32,000 bases of DNA. Origin: Bacillus subtilis subsp. subtilis str. 168 (lineage in GTDB: Bacteria; Bacillota; Bacilli; Bacillales; Bacillaceae). The notes under the pieces are model-generated. The model was not told the DNA's origin and did not search any database. It saw nothing but the letters and a program-made list of their open reading frames with translations. Positions 1 through 11,144 of the stretch are shown piece by piece. Within the stretch, counting starts at the first letter, position 1. Each line of letters begins with the position of its first letter. The position numbers were made by a program, and so were the translations under genes. The stretch covers positions 2,790,001 through 2,822,000 of the forward strand of contig NC_000964.3 of the NCBI RefSeq assembly GCF_000009045.1, read 5' to 3'.

Positions 1-1440
1 CGTTTCCCCTTTGAGCTTCTGATCTTTAAACGTAACGAGCGTTGTGCCGTTCTTATACTCAATTTGTTCGGCAATTTTCACCTGCCGTTTTTCTCCGCCG
101 CGGGCGATTGTCGCCATCATATTGGCTACCTCCAGCGGCGTTACCTTTACATTTTTCTGCCCGATTGCTGTTTGCGCAATGGCTTTTTTGACTGATTTGT
201 CTTTTTCATCCCCCCAAATCACGCCGCTTTTTTCGTTATACAGCTGGCGGAAATCGGTTTCGTGGTACAGTTTTCCCTCCCAGCCTGCCCGATCAGTGAG
301 AGCCAGCTTCTCGGACATATCTTCAATAACCGAGCTGTCTTTTTTCATTAATTGTTCTGCAAGACTCGTAAATGTGTAATTACAGCTTTGGGCAAAACTT
401 TCATCAAAAGACAAGGTGCCTTTGTCGTCCCCCGGTTCCCCGTACAGGTTTAAATTGCAATTAAAGGTTTGACTAGGCTTCACCATATTATTTTCGATTG
501 CAGCTGCGGCAATGACTGTTTTAAAAACTGATCCGGGATAGATTGGCGTCAGCATATAATTTTGAAGTGTGTTTTGCCGGGACACGTCTGCATCTGGTTT
601 GCTTACAATTCCCAGAACACTGCTATTTTCGATGTCCAGCAGCACAGCTCCTCCCTTTTTCAGCCCCTGTTCATCCAATACCTCCTCCATCGCTTTTTGA
701 ATGCTTTGATCGATCGTTGTTTTGATCTGGAGCGGATAAAATGTATTGGCTTCAGCTGTATATTTGACGTCCATGCCAAACAAAGGGTTTCCTTTTCCGT
801 CCACATGATATAAAAGCTTTGTGTCTTGTTCCGGAAGCAAAAACTCGTCAAATGTCCGTTCTAAACCGGTTGTTCCGATTTCTGTTGTAATCGGAAGGCT
901 CTCCTTGTCAGGATATTTCTTGCGAAGCAGCGCCGGATCTTGGTTCGTGCTCCCTATCGTATGTGAAGCAAGGCTGGGCTTGTCTTCATTCTCCATATAT
1001 ACGCCGTAAATGCCGGGATATTTCAAAGAATTGATTTTTGTGATAGATTGTTTTGAAAGTGTTTTGATTTTCTTTTGCTGCAAAATGACCGGTTTTTTTG
1101 CCTGACCTAGTGTCTGGCGCAAATCATCTTCAGACATGCCGAGGATGTCCGCAACTTTTTTGATCGGCCAATCCTGCGTCAGCAGAAAAGGGAACAAAAC
1201 AACCGCAGGCTCGCTTTGTCCTGTCAGCGCCCGCCCGTTTCGATCTAAAAAAGAGCCTCTTCCATCTGAAATGAGCACTTCCTCCGTCCGCTGTTTCACA
1301 CTTTCTTGAATCAAATTAATTTTCTTTTTAGAAAATGATTCTGTGAAAAACAGCTGGATTTCTGCAAGTCTCAGCAGAAGCAGAAAAAATACAATCAAAA
1401 AAGCGATGACTGCCAGCTTCATTCGTTTCGATATCTTCAT
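1..1440 (-). CDS. pbpI: Class B penicillin-binding protein (PBP4b, PbpI/YrrR), C-terminus cut by window edge
   Basis: Minus-strand ORF open to the window edge, starting [31 protein letters not shown]. Contains [15 protein letters not shown] (SxxK motif), CNYTF and transpeptidase-like sequence. SD GAGGTG upstream of ATG. Confidence 0.9.
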
Positions 1441-1477
1441 AAAAAAACACCTCACCCACATTGTGGACGAGGTGTTT
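1441..1477 (-). terminator. Rho-independent terminator of greA directly abutting the pbpI start codon
   Basis: Minus strand AAACACCTC-GTCCACAATGTGGGT-GAGGTGTTT plus T-run; inner CCAC/GTGG extends the stem. Confidence 0.8.
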
Positions 1478-1493
1478 CGCTGCTAAACAGATA

Positions 1494-1967
1494 TTATGAA
1501 ATTTTCACAATTTTCACGAGCATTTCTCCGCCCGGTGTTTGTACTGTGACTTCTTCATCTACTTTTTTGCCCAAGAGGCTTTTTGCGATCGGTGAATCGT
1601 TTGAGATTTTCCCTTCAAACGGGTCAGCTTCCGCGCTTCCGACGATCGTATATGATTCTTCATCACCGTCAGGCAGTTCGACGAAAGTGACGGTTTTACC
1701 CAAACCGACAACGTTAGAGCCGCCGTCATCTTCAATGATTTTCGCATTGCGAATCATATTTTCAAGAGTCGTCACGCGGCCCTCTACAAATGCCTGCTCT
1801 TCTTTCGCTGAATCGTATTCAGAGTTCTCGGAAAGGTCTCCGAAGCTTCTCGCAATTTTGATTCGCTCTACTACTTCTTTTCGTTTAACCGTTTTCAAAT
1901 ATTCTAATTCTTGTTCAAGTTTTTGTTTTCCTTCTGCAGTCATAGGAAAAACTTTCTCTTGTGCCAT
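1494..1967 (-). CDS. greA: Transcription elongation factor GreA
   Basis: 157 aa [25 protein letters not shown]...[20 protein letters not shown], canonical GreA coiled coil. Confidence 0.97.
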   Translation of the reverse strand: MAQEKVFPMTAEGKQKLEQELEYLKTVKRKEVVERIKIARSFGDLSENSEYDSAKEEQAFVEGRVTTLENMIRNAKIIEDDGGSNVVGLGKTVTFVELPDGDEESYTIVGSAEADPFEGKISNDSPIAKSLLGKKVDEEVTVQTPGGEMLVKIVKIS

Positions 1968-2145
1968 GTCCCTTCACTCCTTCTGGTTGTCCCTCAACAT
2001 CTTCGATTATGTATGAGAGCATAAACTAAAAAATACAAGAATGAGAACACAGGGCAGTCCTCGTTCTTCTCTCCCATATAGGTACTGTTTATCTTAAACT
2101 GAATCGTGTCGTTCTGCAAATATTTCGCGTTTATAAACAGGGAAA

Positions 2146-2169
2146 GAAGGGAATTCGCACATTCCCTTC
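2146..2169 (-). terminator. Possible terminator/hairpin downstream of udk
   Basis: Perfect 9-bp inverted repeat GAAGGGAAT-(6)-ATTCCCTTC followed on the minus strand by TTTCCC; weak T-run. Confidence 0.4.
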
Positions 2170-2217
2170 CTGCCTATACATAATATGGTCAGAGTTATTT
2201 ATGTCTATGCTATGGTA

Positions 2218-2853
2218 TTACAAAATCGCGTTTTGTTCAAGAATGGTTTGAATTTTTGTGACCATCAGATCAATTGCGACGTGATTCTGACCGCCTTCCG
2301 GGATAATAATATCAGCGTATCGTTTCGTCGGCTCGACGAATTGGTTATGCATCGGACGGACCACTGACACATATTGTTCAATGACAGAATCAATAGAGCG
2401 TCCGCGCTCATTAATATCTCTCATAATCCGTCTGATGATACGCAAGTCAGCGTCCGTATCAACATAAAGCTTGATATCCATCAGATCACGAAGCCTTTTG
2501 TCTTCAAGAACAAGAATGCCTTCAAGGATAATAACATCCTTTGGCTCTACGTGAACCGTTTCTTCTGAACGTGTGTGAAGCTTATAGTCATAAATCGGCT
2601 TTTCAATCGGGCGGTAATTCAATAGATCTTGAATATGCTCGATTAAATAGTCATTATCAAACGCAAGCGGATGATCATAGTTTGTGTTCAGCCTTTCTTC
2701 AAACGGAAGATGGCTTTGGTCTTTATAATAAAGGTCCTGCTGGATCATTAAAATTGAGTGTCCTTTAAACTGTTCATAAATGGACCGTGTGACACTCGTT
2801 TTTCCTGAACCGGAACCTCCTGCGATTCCAATGACTACTGGATTCTTACCCAT
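2218..2853 (-). CDS. udk: Uridine kinase
   Basis: 211 aa with P-loop [13 protein letters not shown] and [22 protein letters not shown], typical Udk. Confidence 0.96.
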   Translation of the reverse strand: MGKNPVVIGIAGGSGSGKTSVTRSIYEQFKGHSILMIQQDLYYKDQSHLPFEERLNTNYDHPLAFDNDYLIEHIQDLLNYRPIEKPIYDYKLHTRSEETVHVEPKDVIILEGILVLEDKRLRDLMDIKLYVDTDADLRIIRRIMRDINERGRSIDSVIEQYVSVVRPMHNQFVEPTKRYADIIIPEGGQNHVAIDLMVTKIQTILEQNAIL

Positions 2854-2859
2854 GGGCTG

Positions 2860-4128
2860 TTACTTCCCCTTTCTCATCATGTTGCTCGGATAAATCTTTT
2901 TGTCTAGTTTGAATTTGACAATTTGCAGGGGATGGCGGGCAGCATCTAGCTCATTTCCGTCTTCGTCCCAAATGGTTTCAATCGTATGTGTAAAGTTTTC
3001 GATTTCTGGACCGAAAAATTCCACTTCGTCGCCTTTTTTGAAGAAATTGCGCTGCTGAAGCGTGACCATTTGTGTATCTTCATCATAATTCAGCACTAAG
3101 CCGACAAAATCATATGTCGTTTTCTTGGCGTGTTCGCCGAACATTTGCTCTTCATAGCCTGGCGTTCCTTCAAAGAAAGCTGTCGCAGTGTCCCTGTTGG
3201 CGCACTTATCAAGCTCTTCAAGCCATTCTTTTTGAATCACAAAGTTTTCTGGATCAGCGCAATAAGCATCGATTACTTTGCGGTATACGCTGACAACAGT
3301 TGCTACATAGTGAATGGATTTCATGCGGCCTTCAATCTTTAAGCTGTCGATCCCCATTTCAATCATTTTTGGAATGGATTCAATCAGCTTCAAATCTTTC
3401 GGGCTCATCGCAAATGGTGCATCTTCTTCACCATACAAAGCAACGGCGTTGGCACCGTCTGTTTGGTAGAGATCATAATCCCAGCGGCATGACTGGCAGC
3501 AGCCTCCGCGGTTGGAATCCCGCGCTGTCATGTGATTGCTCAGCACGCAGCGGCCGGAATATGCAATACACATTGCGCCATGAATGAAGGATTCGATTTC
3601 GATATCTACCTTTTCTTTCATTTCTCTGATTTCAAGAGCGCTAGTTTCACGTGCCAGCACGACGCGGTCGAGACCTTCTTCCTTCCAGAACTGGACAGCC
3701 TTCCAGTTTGAAAGAGACTGCTGTGTGCTCAAGTGAACCTCAACATTCGGCGCCACTCTGCGGCATGTTTCAATAATAAGCGGATCTGCCACAATAATAC
3801 CGGCAACGTTGGCGTCTCCAAGCGCTTTTAAATAGTCTTCAAGCCCGTCCATGTTTTCATTATGAGCGAAAATATTCGTTGTTACGTAGATCTTCGCGCC
3901 ATATTTCTTTGCGAATTCAACGCCTTCTGCAATTTCTTCGATCGTAAAGTTATCGGCATTCGAGCGAAGCCCGTATTCCTGTCCCCCGATAAAGACCGCG
4001 TCCGCTCCGTAATGAACAGCGATTTTCAGCTTTTCAAGATTACCCGCAGGTGCGAGAAGCTCCGGCTTTTTCGTAATCACACGCTTTCCATTAACGATTG
4101 TGGATATTTTATCATTTACGGCAGTCAT
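2860..4128 (-). CDS. trhP2: Peptidase U32-family tRNA hydroxylation protein (TrhP2/YrrO)
   Basis: 422 aa; LLAPAGNLEKLKIAVHYGADAVFIGGQEYGLR and GRCVLSNHMTARDSNRGGCCQSCRWDY, U32 family signature. Confidence 0.9.
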   Translation of the reverse strand: MTAVNDKISTIVNGKRVITKKPELLAPAGNLEKLKIAVHYGADAVFIGGQEYGLRSNADNFTIEEIAEGVEFAKKYGAKIYVTTNIFAHNENMDGLEDYLKALGDANVAGIIVADPLIIETCRRVAPNVEVHLSTQQSLSNWKAVQFWKEEGLDRVVLARETSALEIREMKEKVDIEIESFIHGAMCIAYSGRCVLSNHMTARDSNRGGCCQSCRWDYDLYQTDGANAVALYGEEDAPFAMSPKDLKLIESIPKMIEMGIDSLKIEGRMKSIHYVATVVSVYRKVIDAYCADPENFVIQKEWLEELDKCANRDTATAFFEGTPGYEEQMFGEHAKKTTYDFVGLVLNYDEDTQMVTLQQRNFFKKGDEVEFFGPEIENFTHTIETIWDEDGNELDAARHPLQIVKFKLDKKIYPSNMMRKGK

Positions 4129-4146
4129 AGCTTAACCTCCTTTTGA

Positions 4147-5076
4147 TTAATAAACCGTTTCCTTGAAGAAGAATCCGGTATCAATTTTTCTGTTTACTGG
4201 CTGGATGCTTTCAATGCGTTCGATCCAGTCTTCTTTTTTCGCTTCGTATTCGTCACGGTTTTCCACGCACAAATCAATTGCTTCTCTGTACATTTTGGTG
4301 ACTTCTATTAGGTATTCAGGCATTTTCAAAACACCATCGATTTTGAAAGAATCAATTCCGGCATCTATCAATTCCTCGAGCTCATCAATGATGCACACAT
4401 CGTTCGGGCTCATGATGTGAGTGCCGTTTTCATCTTCGAAAATCGGATATTTATTATCGCGTTCTTTATCGTGTAAAAACATGCCTGATTCTTTTTTCTT
4501 TCTTTCAATGTCCATGACTTTGCCCTGATATTCAAAATAGTTTCCAATCAAAGAACGCTTCGATTGGAACATGCACGTCATTCCATGCACCTGGATTTCA
4601 ATTTCGACTTCAGCATTTTCTTTAATCTCAACAATGCTGTCCATGTTTAATTCTCTGGCAAGCACAGAACGCGCCGCACCCTTGCGTCCCCAGTAGTTGC
4701 ATGTATAATAGTTGGTGCCTGTCGTTTCTGTGCTCCAATGAAGCTTCAGATCAGGCGCAGATTCACGGGCAGCCATCAGCACGGCAGGATCGCCGAATAC
4801 CGCTGCATCGACACCGGCTTCTGCTAAGAAAGCCAGATATTCGCCAAGCTCACCCACTTTATCATTATGGAAAATTGCATTTACAGCAACGTATACTTTT
4901 GCCCCTTCTTTGTGAGCAATCTCTACGGCTTTTGTTACATCTTCACGAGAAAATTCTCCGGCTAATCTCAAGCCGTATCTCTGTTCCCCAACTAAAAACG
5001 CAGTTGCCCCAGCCTGTATGAGCGGCAAAATGTCCGCTGTACTCGTCGGCGTCACTAAGAGCTCTGGTTTTTTCAT
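4147..5076 (-). CDS. trhP1: Peptidase U32-family tRNA hydroxylation protein (TrhP1/YrrN)
   Basis: MKKPELLVTPTSTADILPLIQAGATAFLVGEQRYGLRL..., paralogous to 2860..4128. SD GAGGTG fits ATG at 5076 rather than the track's GTG at 5085; 309 aa. Confidence 0.88.
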   Translation of the reverse strand: MKKPELLVTPTSTADILPLIQAGATAFLVGEQRYGLRLAGEFSREDVTKAVEIAHKEGAKVYVAVNAIFHNDKVGELGEYLAFLAEAGVDAAVFGDPAVLMAARESAPDLKLHWSTETTGTNYYTCNYWGRKGAARSVLARELNMDSIVEIKENAEVEIEIQVHGMTCMFQSKRSLIGNYFEYQGKVMDIERKKKESGMFLHDKERDNKYPIFEDENGTHIMSPNDVCIIDELEELIDAGIDSFKIDGVLKMPEYLIEVTKMYREAIDLCVENRDEYEAKKEDWIERIESIQPVNRKIDTGFFFKETVY

Positions 5077-5081
5077 GACGT

Positions 5082-5753
<672 letters not shown>

Positions 5754-5861
5754 CTAAAAAGGAGTGCCCCAGTCTTATGCGCAGGACACTCTCTGAATAC
5801 ATCATGATACATCGGTAAACAACCCGATATATTTTATCATAAAACCTTGCGGAAAGCGAAC

Positions 5862-5889
5862 AAAAGGAGAGCTTTTTGCTCTCCTTTTA
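5862..5889 (-). terminator. Terminator of mltG/yrrL, overlapping its stop codon
   Basis: AAAAGGAGAGC-TTTTT-GCTCTCCTTTT on + strand; minus-strand stem followed by T-run. Confidence 0.85.
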
Positions 5890-6969
5890 TTTCTCATTTT
5901 TTGAGGAAATGTATTTTTCTTTTGCTTTATTATGCTCTTTTAGCGTTTTTGTAAATACGACCTCACCATTTGATTTGGCCAAGAAATACAGATAGTCCGT
6001 TTTATCCGGATGCAGCGCTGCTTCCCATGATGACATGCCGGCATTGGCAATCGGCCCTGGCGTCAGCCCTGTGTTTTTATACGTATTGTATGGTGAATCG
6101 ATTTCCAGATCCTTATAAAGAACCCGATCTTTATGCTTGCCTGCCGCGTACAGGACGGTCGGATCTGTTTGGAGCGGCATTTTCTTTTTCAGGCGGTTAT
6201 AAAAGACGCTCGCAATTTTATGGCGGTCGGCTTTTTCAGTCGCTTCTTCTTCTATCAAAGAAGCCATTGTCAGCAGCTTATGCACAGAAACTTTGTTTTT
6301 CTTCATTTCTGATTTATATGTTTCCACATAAGAATTTGTCTGCTTAATCATTGCCTTGATAATGTCTTCAAGTGATGTGTCCGGATCGTTAAAAGGGTAT
6401 GTAGCCGGGAATAGGTACCCTTCAAGCGGGTGCTTAATGTTTTTATTGAAAACATCATTTGTCACAGTGTCCGGGAATTCTTTCTTCAGCTGATTGATAA
6501 ATGTTTCATCGTCCAGCTTCGCTATGACTTGTTTTTTAGAGTATTTTGTTTCATCAGCAATAGCAGCCGCGATTTGGGTCAGCTGTGCTCCCTCAGTCAC
6601 TGTGATTTGAAAAGCGTAACCTGTAGCCCCGCTTGTCAGCTTCTGAATAATGGCATCTAAATCCATACCTTTATTCAGATGGTAGAATCCGGCCTGAAAC
6701 CCGGAAGCACCTTTATATTTCACATAGTACTGAAACGCCTTCTCGCTTTTTATGACATCATTTTTCTTTAATATCGATGCGATGGCTGAAACAGACGAAC
6801 CGCTCGGAATGTTAATATTAACTGTCGTTTTACTGTCTTTTTCAACAGGTTCAAGCAATGATTTCCCATATAAAAATGCCCCGCCAATGATGAGAAACAG
6901 CACAACAATGGAAGACAGTATGATTCTTTTTTTATTAAAAAACGATTTTTTTTGCTGATTGATATACAT
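5887..6969 (-). CDS. mltG: Endolytic murein transglycosylase MltG-like (YrrL)
   Basis: MYINQQKKSFFNKKRIILSSIVVLFLIIGGAF, then LEGYLFPATYPF, ASLIEEEATEKADRHKIASVFYNRLKKKMPLQTDPTVLYA, TPGPIANAG. SD GGGAGGAG supports ATG at 6969 (360 aa) rather than 6984. Confidence 0.93.
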   Translation of the reverse strand: MYINQQKKSFFNKKRIILSSIVVLFLIIGGAFLYGKSLLEPVEKDSKTTVNINIPSGSSVSAIASILKKNDVIKSEKAFQYYVKYKGASGFQAGFYHLNKGMDLDAIIQKLTSGATGYAFQITVTEGAQLTQIAAAIADETKYSKKQVIAKLDDETFINQLKKEFPDTVTNDVFNKNIKHPLEGYLFPATYPFNDPDTSLEDIIKAMIKQTNSYVETYKSEMKKNKVSVHKLLTMASLIEEEATEKADRHKIASVFYNRLKKKMPLQTDPTVLYAAGKHKDRVLYKDLEIDSPYNTYKNTGLTPGPIANAGMSSWEAALHPDKTDYLYFLAKSNGEVVFTKTLKEHNKAKEKYISSKNEK

Positions 6970-7052
6970 TAGGTCTCCTCCCATCAGCTCTTATACTACA
7001 TGATTCATTGTATTTCGGCAATTTATTACAAAAAGAGGCCTGCATAAAGCAG

Positions 7053-7083
7053 AAAAAAGCCGGAGCAGTATAGCTCCGGCTTT
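7053..7083 (-). terminator. Terminator downstream of yrzB
   Basis: Minus AAAGCCGGAGC-TATACT-GCTCCGGCTTTTTTC, perfect 11-bp stem plus T-run. Confidence 0.92.
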
Positions 7084-7099
7084 GGTTTGGCGCGATGTT

Positions 7100-7381
7100 T
7101 TACTCTTCGTCTTCGTCCGCTAAGAATGTGTTTAGTGTTTCTTCGATCATATCCCATTCTTCGTCAGTTTCAATCGGGAATAGCTCACCGTTTTCACCGT
7201 CTTCGTTTGGCGTGAAGCTGGAAGCAAGAATTTCTACTTCTTCGTCATCTTTTGATTCGATTGGATAGTACAAGACATAAGATTTGCCAAACTCTTCATT
7301 TTCAAATGTAAACAGCACTTCACAAAGCTGTTCATTTCCTTGATCGTCAACAATTGTAATATTTTTTTCGCCGTGTTCCAT
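7100..7381 (-). CDS. yrzB: DUF1292 family protein YrzB
   Basis: [40 protein letters not shown]; SD GAGGTG fits ATG at 7381 (93 aa). Confidence 0.88.
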   Translation of the reverse strand: MEHGEKNITIVDDQGNEQLCEVLFTFENEEFGKSYVLYYPIESKDDEEVEILASSFTPNEDGENGELFPIETDEEWDMIEETLNTFLADEDEE

Positions 7382-7398
7382 TTTCTTCACCTCTGGCT

Positions 7399-7815
7399 TT
7401 AATTTAAGCTGTCAAGATATCCTTGTAAAATCATAACAGCCGCCATTTTATCAATGACTTTTTTTCGTTTTTGCCTGCTGACGTCAGCTGCAATCAGCAT
7501 TTTTTCAGCCGCCATTGTGGTAAGACGCTCGTCCCACAGCACAACAGGAACATTGTACGTTGTTTCAAGCACTTTCGCAAATGTTTGGCTGGCTTCGCCT
7601 CTCGGGCCGACTGTTCCGTTCATGTTCTTAGGAAAGCCGAGCACGATTTTATCTATAGTATAGTCCTTTATCAGTTCAGATAAACGGGATAAACCATAAT
7701 CGCCTTCTGCTTCATTTATCTTTATGGTCTCAATGCCTTGAGCAGTCCAGCCCATTTCATCGCTCAGAGCTACACCGAGTGTTTTGGTTCCTAAATCGAG
7801 TCCTAATATTCTCAT
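7399..7815 (-). CDS. yrrK: Putative pre-16S rRNA nuclease / RuvX-YqgF family resolvase (YrrK)
   Basis: 138 aa [22 protein letters not shown]...[15 protein letters not shown]...LWDERLTT. Confidence 0.95.
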   Translation of the reverse strand: MRILGLDLGTKTLGVALSDEMGWTAQGIETIKINEAEGDYGLSRLSELIKDYTIDKIVLGFPKNMNGTVGPRGEASQTFAKVLETTYNVPVVLWDERLTTMAAEKMLIAADVSRQKRKKVIDKMAAVMILQGYLDSLN

Positions 7816-7822
7816 TCTTTAT

Positions 7823-8089
7823 TTACGCCTCTTTATGCTGTTCTAAATAAGACTTTACCAATTCCTCGATTAATTCGTCTCTTTCAAGTTTGCGAATTAA
7901 ATTGCGAGCGTCACGATGCCTAGGAATATAAGCGGGATCACCTGACAGCAAGTATCCGACAATCTGGTTGATTGGATTGTAGCCCTTTTCCTGAAGCGCG
8001 TCATACACTGTAATCAGCACCTCATTTACGTTAGTCTCAGCAGAATCATCGGAGAAATTAAATTTCATCGTTTTATCAAACGAGCTCAC
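7823..8089 (-). CDS. yrzL: IreB-family regulatory phosphoprotein YrzL
   Basis: 88 aa [55 protein letters not shown]; GTG start at 8089 with SD AGAGGTG; the track's longer start lacks that support. Confidence 0.88.
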   Translation of the reverse strand: MSSFDKTMKFNFSDDSAETNVNEVLITVYDALQEKGYNPINQIVGYLLSGDPAYIPRHRDARNLIRKLERDELIEELVKSYLEQHKEA

Positions 8090-8173
8090 CGTTTTGCACC
8101 TCTTTCCCAAATTCGCAGGCAAAGTTCAGCCTGGGGTCCTAATCTTACCATCATTCTACACTACATGGGCGAA

Positions 8174-10810
8174 TTATAAAACGGATTTCACCCAATCTTC
8201 TACAGAAGCCAAAGCTTCTTCTAATTTTTCCGGCTGTTTACCGCCTGCCTGCGCCATGTCCGGACGGCCTCCGCCGCCTCCGCCGCAAACTTCCGCAGCT
8301 TGTTTAACCAGCTTGCCGGCGTGAAGTCCTTTCTCAATGAGGTCCTTTGTGACTCCGGCAGAGATATTAACTTTATCGTTTTGTACCGCACCAAGCACGA
8401 TCACCGCAGAGCCAAGCTTTGCTTTGAGTTCATCGACCATAGTGCGGAGATGATTCATGTCTTTTGCATTTACTTTTGCCGCAAGCACGTTTACGCCGTC
8501 AACTTCTTTTACTTTCGACAGGATTGCTCCTGCTTCCACGTTGCCTAGTTTTGCAAGAAGAGATTCATTTTCTCTTTGTGCATCCTTCAGTTCAGCCTGC
8601 AGAGCCGCGACCCGTTTCGGCACTTCTTTGATATTTGTTTTCAGCTCGTCAGCGGTCTGCTTCAATACAGAAATCTGGCTGTTCATTTCGACGTAAGCGC
8701 CTTGTCCCGTTACAGCTTCAATCCGTCTTGTGCCTGCTCCGATTCCGGATTCAGAAACGATTTTAAACAAGCCGATTTCTGCTGTATTTCTGACGTGGCA
8801 GCCGCCGCACAGCTCTAAGCTGTAATCTCCAACTTGAACGACACGGACAATATCGCCATATTTTTCGCCGAACAGTGCCATCGCACCCATTTCTTTTGCT
8901 TCAGCGATCGGTTTCAAATCAATGCTGACCGGGATGCTCGCCCAGATCTTTTCGTTTACGATTCTTTCAATTTGTTCGAGCTCTTCTTTTGTCACTTGGC
9001 CAAAGTGCGAGAAGTCAAAACGAAGGCGGTTTTCCGTTACAAGAGAGCCCGCCTGATTGACATGAGTTCCAAGAACATCTTTTAGAGCCTGATGCAATAA
9101 ATGCGTTGCCGTGTGGTTTTTAATGACGCCGCTTCTCATATGGTCTTCAACTTCAGCCGTAACATGCAGGCCTTTTTGAACAGTACCGCTCTCCACAACA
9201 CCTTCATGCACATGCTGGCCGTTCGGCGCTTTTTGAACATCTTTAATTCTTACAACTGCCTGCTCGCTTCGGAGATAGCCTTTGTCGCCGATTTGGCCGC
9301 CGCTTTCTGCATAGAACGGTGTTTCATCAAGAATGATTTGAACGCTTTCTCCTTCATGAGCCTCTTCGATTAATTGGCCGTCCTGAAGAAGCACAATGAT
9401 ATTGGCATCAGCTTTGGTTTGAGAGTAGCCGACAAATGTGCTTTCAACTGTCACGTCGCGCAGTGCGCCGCCCTGCACCTGCATGCTGCCGACATCCTGG
9501 CGGGCGTTTCTTGCCCGTTCACGCTGCTGGTTCATTTCCTCCTCAAAGCCCTCATGGTCAACCGTCATGTTCTCGTCTTCTGCGTATTCTTCAGTCAATT
9601 CAACCGGGAATCCATACGTATCATACAGTTTAAACACATCAGCACCTGAGATAACGCTGCTGCCCTTGTCTTTTTCTTTTTTGATCATTTCTGACAGGAT
9701 CGCAAGCCCTTCATTAAGGGTCTCATGGAAGCGTTCTTCCTCGGTTTTAATGACTTTTGCGATGAAATCCGCTTTCTCTTTCACTTCAGGATAGAAATCA
9801 GCCATGATTTCTGCGACAACCGGCACTAAATCAAACATGAACGGACGATGGATGTTGATCGTTTTGGCATAACGCACGGCACGGCGTAATAAGCGTCTTA
9901 ATACATAGCCGCGGCCTTCATTTGACGGCAGCGCACCGTCACTGACAGCAAAGGCAACCGTTCTGATATGGTCAGCAATCACTTTAAACGCAGTGTCTTT
10001 CACATTGTCTTTGCCATATGTTTCACCAGAAATCGATTCTGTTGCTTTAATGATCGGAACAAACAAATCGGTGTCAAAGTTTGTCGGAACATTCTGGATG
10101 ACAGACACCATTCTTTCAAGACCCATGCCTGTATCAATATTTTTCTTTGGAAGCGGTGTGTACGTGCCGTCAGGGTTATGGTTGAACTCTGAGAACACAA
10201 GGTTCCATACTTCCAGGTAACGGTCGTTTTCCCCGCCTGGGTAAAGCTCCGGATCTTCTGGATCATTACCGTATGCTTCACCGCGGTCGTAAAAGATTTC
10301 CGTATTCGGTCCGCTCGGCCCTTCACCGATATCCCAGAAGTTCCCTTCCAGACGGATAATTCTTTCTTCAGGAATACCGATTTTTTTCGCCCAAAACTCA
10401 TATGCCTCTTCATCTTCAGGATGAACCGTAACAGAGAGAAGCTCTTTGTCGAAGCCAATCCACTTGTCGCTCGTTAAAAACTCCCAAGCCCATGTAATGG
10501 CTTCTTCTTTGAAATAATCGCCGATGGAAAAGTTTCCGAGCATTTCAAAGAAAGTGTGATGGCGCGCAGTTTTACCTACATTTTCTATATCGTTTGTTCT
10601 GATCGCTTTTTGAGCGTTTACGATTCTTGGATTTTCCGGCACGACACGGCCGTCAAAATATTTTTTCAGCGTCGCAACACCGCTGTTGATCCAAAGCAGT
10701 GAAGGATCCTCATGAGGCACTAATGACGCGCTTGGCTCTACCGCATGTCCTTTTTCTTTAAAGAAATCCAAAAACATTTGACGCACTTCCGCAGAAGTTA
10801 AGTGTTTCAT
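8174..10810 (-). CDS. alaS: Alanyl-tRNA synthetase
   Basis: 878 aa, [44 protein letters not shown]-like [15 protein letters not shown]. Confidence 0.98.
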   Translation of the reverse strand: MKHLTSAEVRQMFLDFFKEKGHAVEPSASLVPHEDPSLLWINSGVATLKKYFDGRVVPENPRIVNAQKAIRTNDIENVGKTARHHTFFEMLGNFSIGDYFKEEAITWAWEFLTSDKWIGFDKELLSVTVHPEDEEAYEFWAKKIGIPEERIIRLEGNFWDIGEGPSGPNTEIFYDRGEAYGNDPEDPELYPGGENDRYLEVWNLVFSEFNHNPDGTYTPLPKKNIDTGMGLERMVSVIQNVPTNFDTDLFVPIIKATESISGETYGKDNVKDTAFKVIADHIRTVAFAVSDGALPSNEGRGYVLRRLLRRAVRYAKTINIHRPFMFDLVPVVAEIMADFYPEVKEKADFIAKVIKTEEERFHETLNEGLAILSEMIKKEKDKGSSVISGADVFKLYDTYGFPVELTEEYAEDENMTVDHEGFEEEMNQQRERARNARQDVGSMQVQGGALRDVTVESTFVGYSQTKADANIIVLLQDGQLIEEAHEGESVQIILDETPFYAESGGQIGDKGYLRSEQAVVRIKDVQKAPNGQHVHEGVVESGTVQKGLHVTAEVEDHMRSGVIKNHTATHLLHQALKDVLGTHVNQAGSLVTENRLRFDFSHFGQVTKEELEQIERIVNEKIWASIPVSIDLKPIAEAKEMGAMALFGEKYGDIVRVVQVGDYSLELCGGCHVRNTAEIGLFKIVSESGIGAGTRRIEAVTGQGAYVEMNSQISVLKQTADELKTNIKEVPKRVAALQAELKDAQRENESLLAKLGNVEAGAILSKVKEVDGVNVLAAKVNAKDMNHLRTMVDELKAKLGSAVIVLGAVQNDKVNISAGVTKDLIEKGLHAGKLVKQAAEVCGGGGGGRPDMAQAGGKQPEKLEEALASVEDWVKSVL

Positions 10811-10850
10811 TGTATTTCCTCCTCTATAAAAATCGAAATTCTCTTCAGTG

Positions 10851-11109
10851 ACAGCAAAAAAGCCCTCCCCCTATGCAAACCAACGTTTACACAGGGACGA
10901 GAGCTGTCTCGCGGTACCACCCTGATTACGGGCATTCATGCGCCCGTCACCTTTAACCCTGTAACGCAGGATAAGCGGCAGTGATTAACTGCACTCAGGA
11001 TTAGCTTCCTCCGATCTTCTGATAAAGCTCCTTTCAGCTTATGGAGCTTCTCTCTTTAACAGGGCTTCGGCGTACTCAGATCCGTCACTCGAGATTCGTA
11101 TGTATTCTA
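10851..11109 (-). promoter_or_regulatory. T-box riboswitch leader of alaS
   Basis: Minus strand GGGTGGTACCGCG (10910..10922) T-box consensus followed by competing GC-rich arm and AGGGGGAGGGCTTTTT terminator. Leader bounds inferred from promoter and T-run. Confidence 0.93.
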
Positions 11110-11115
11110 CGAGAA

Positions 11116-11144
11116 ATTATAGACAAGCGGCACGCCGATGTCAA
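11116..11144 (-). promoter_or_regulatory. SigA-type promoter of the alaS T-box leader
   Basis: TTGACA (11139..11144) - 17 nt - TATAAT (11116..11121), full consensus. Confidence 0.88.

Noticed and set aside
1546-2016. 156-aa + ORF antisense to greA
   Set aside because: Mirror ORF from Bacillus codon usage opposite greA; no domain character.
9374-9794. Overlapping + strand ORFs opposite alaS
   Set aside because: Antisense shadow ORFs; alaS coding frame explains the region.
10000-10458. 152-aa minus ORF inside alaS
   Set aside because: Same-strand alternate-frame ORF within the conserved AlaRS catalytic region; low-complexity composition.
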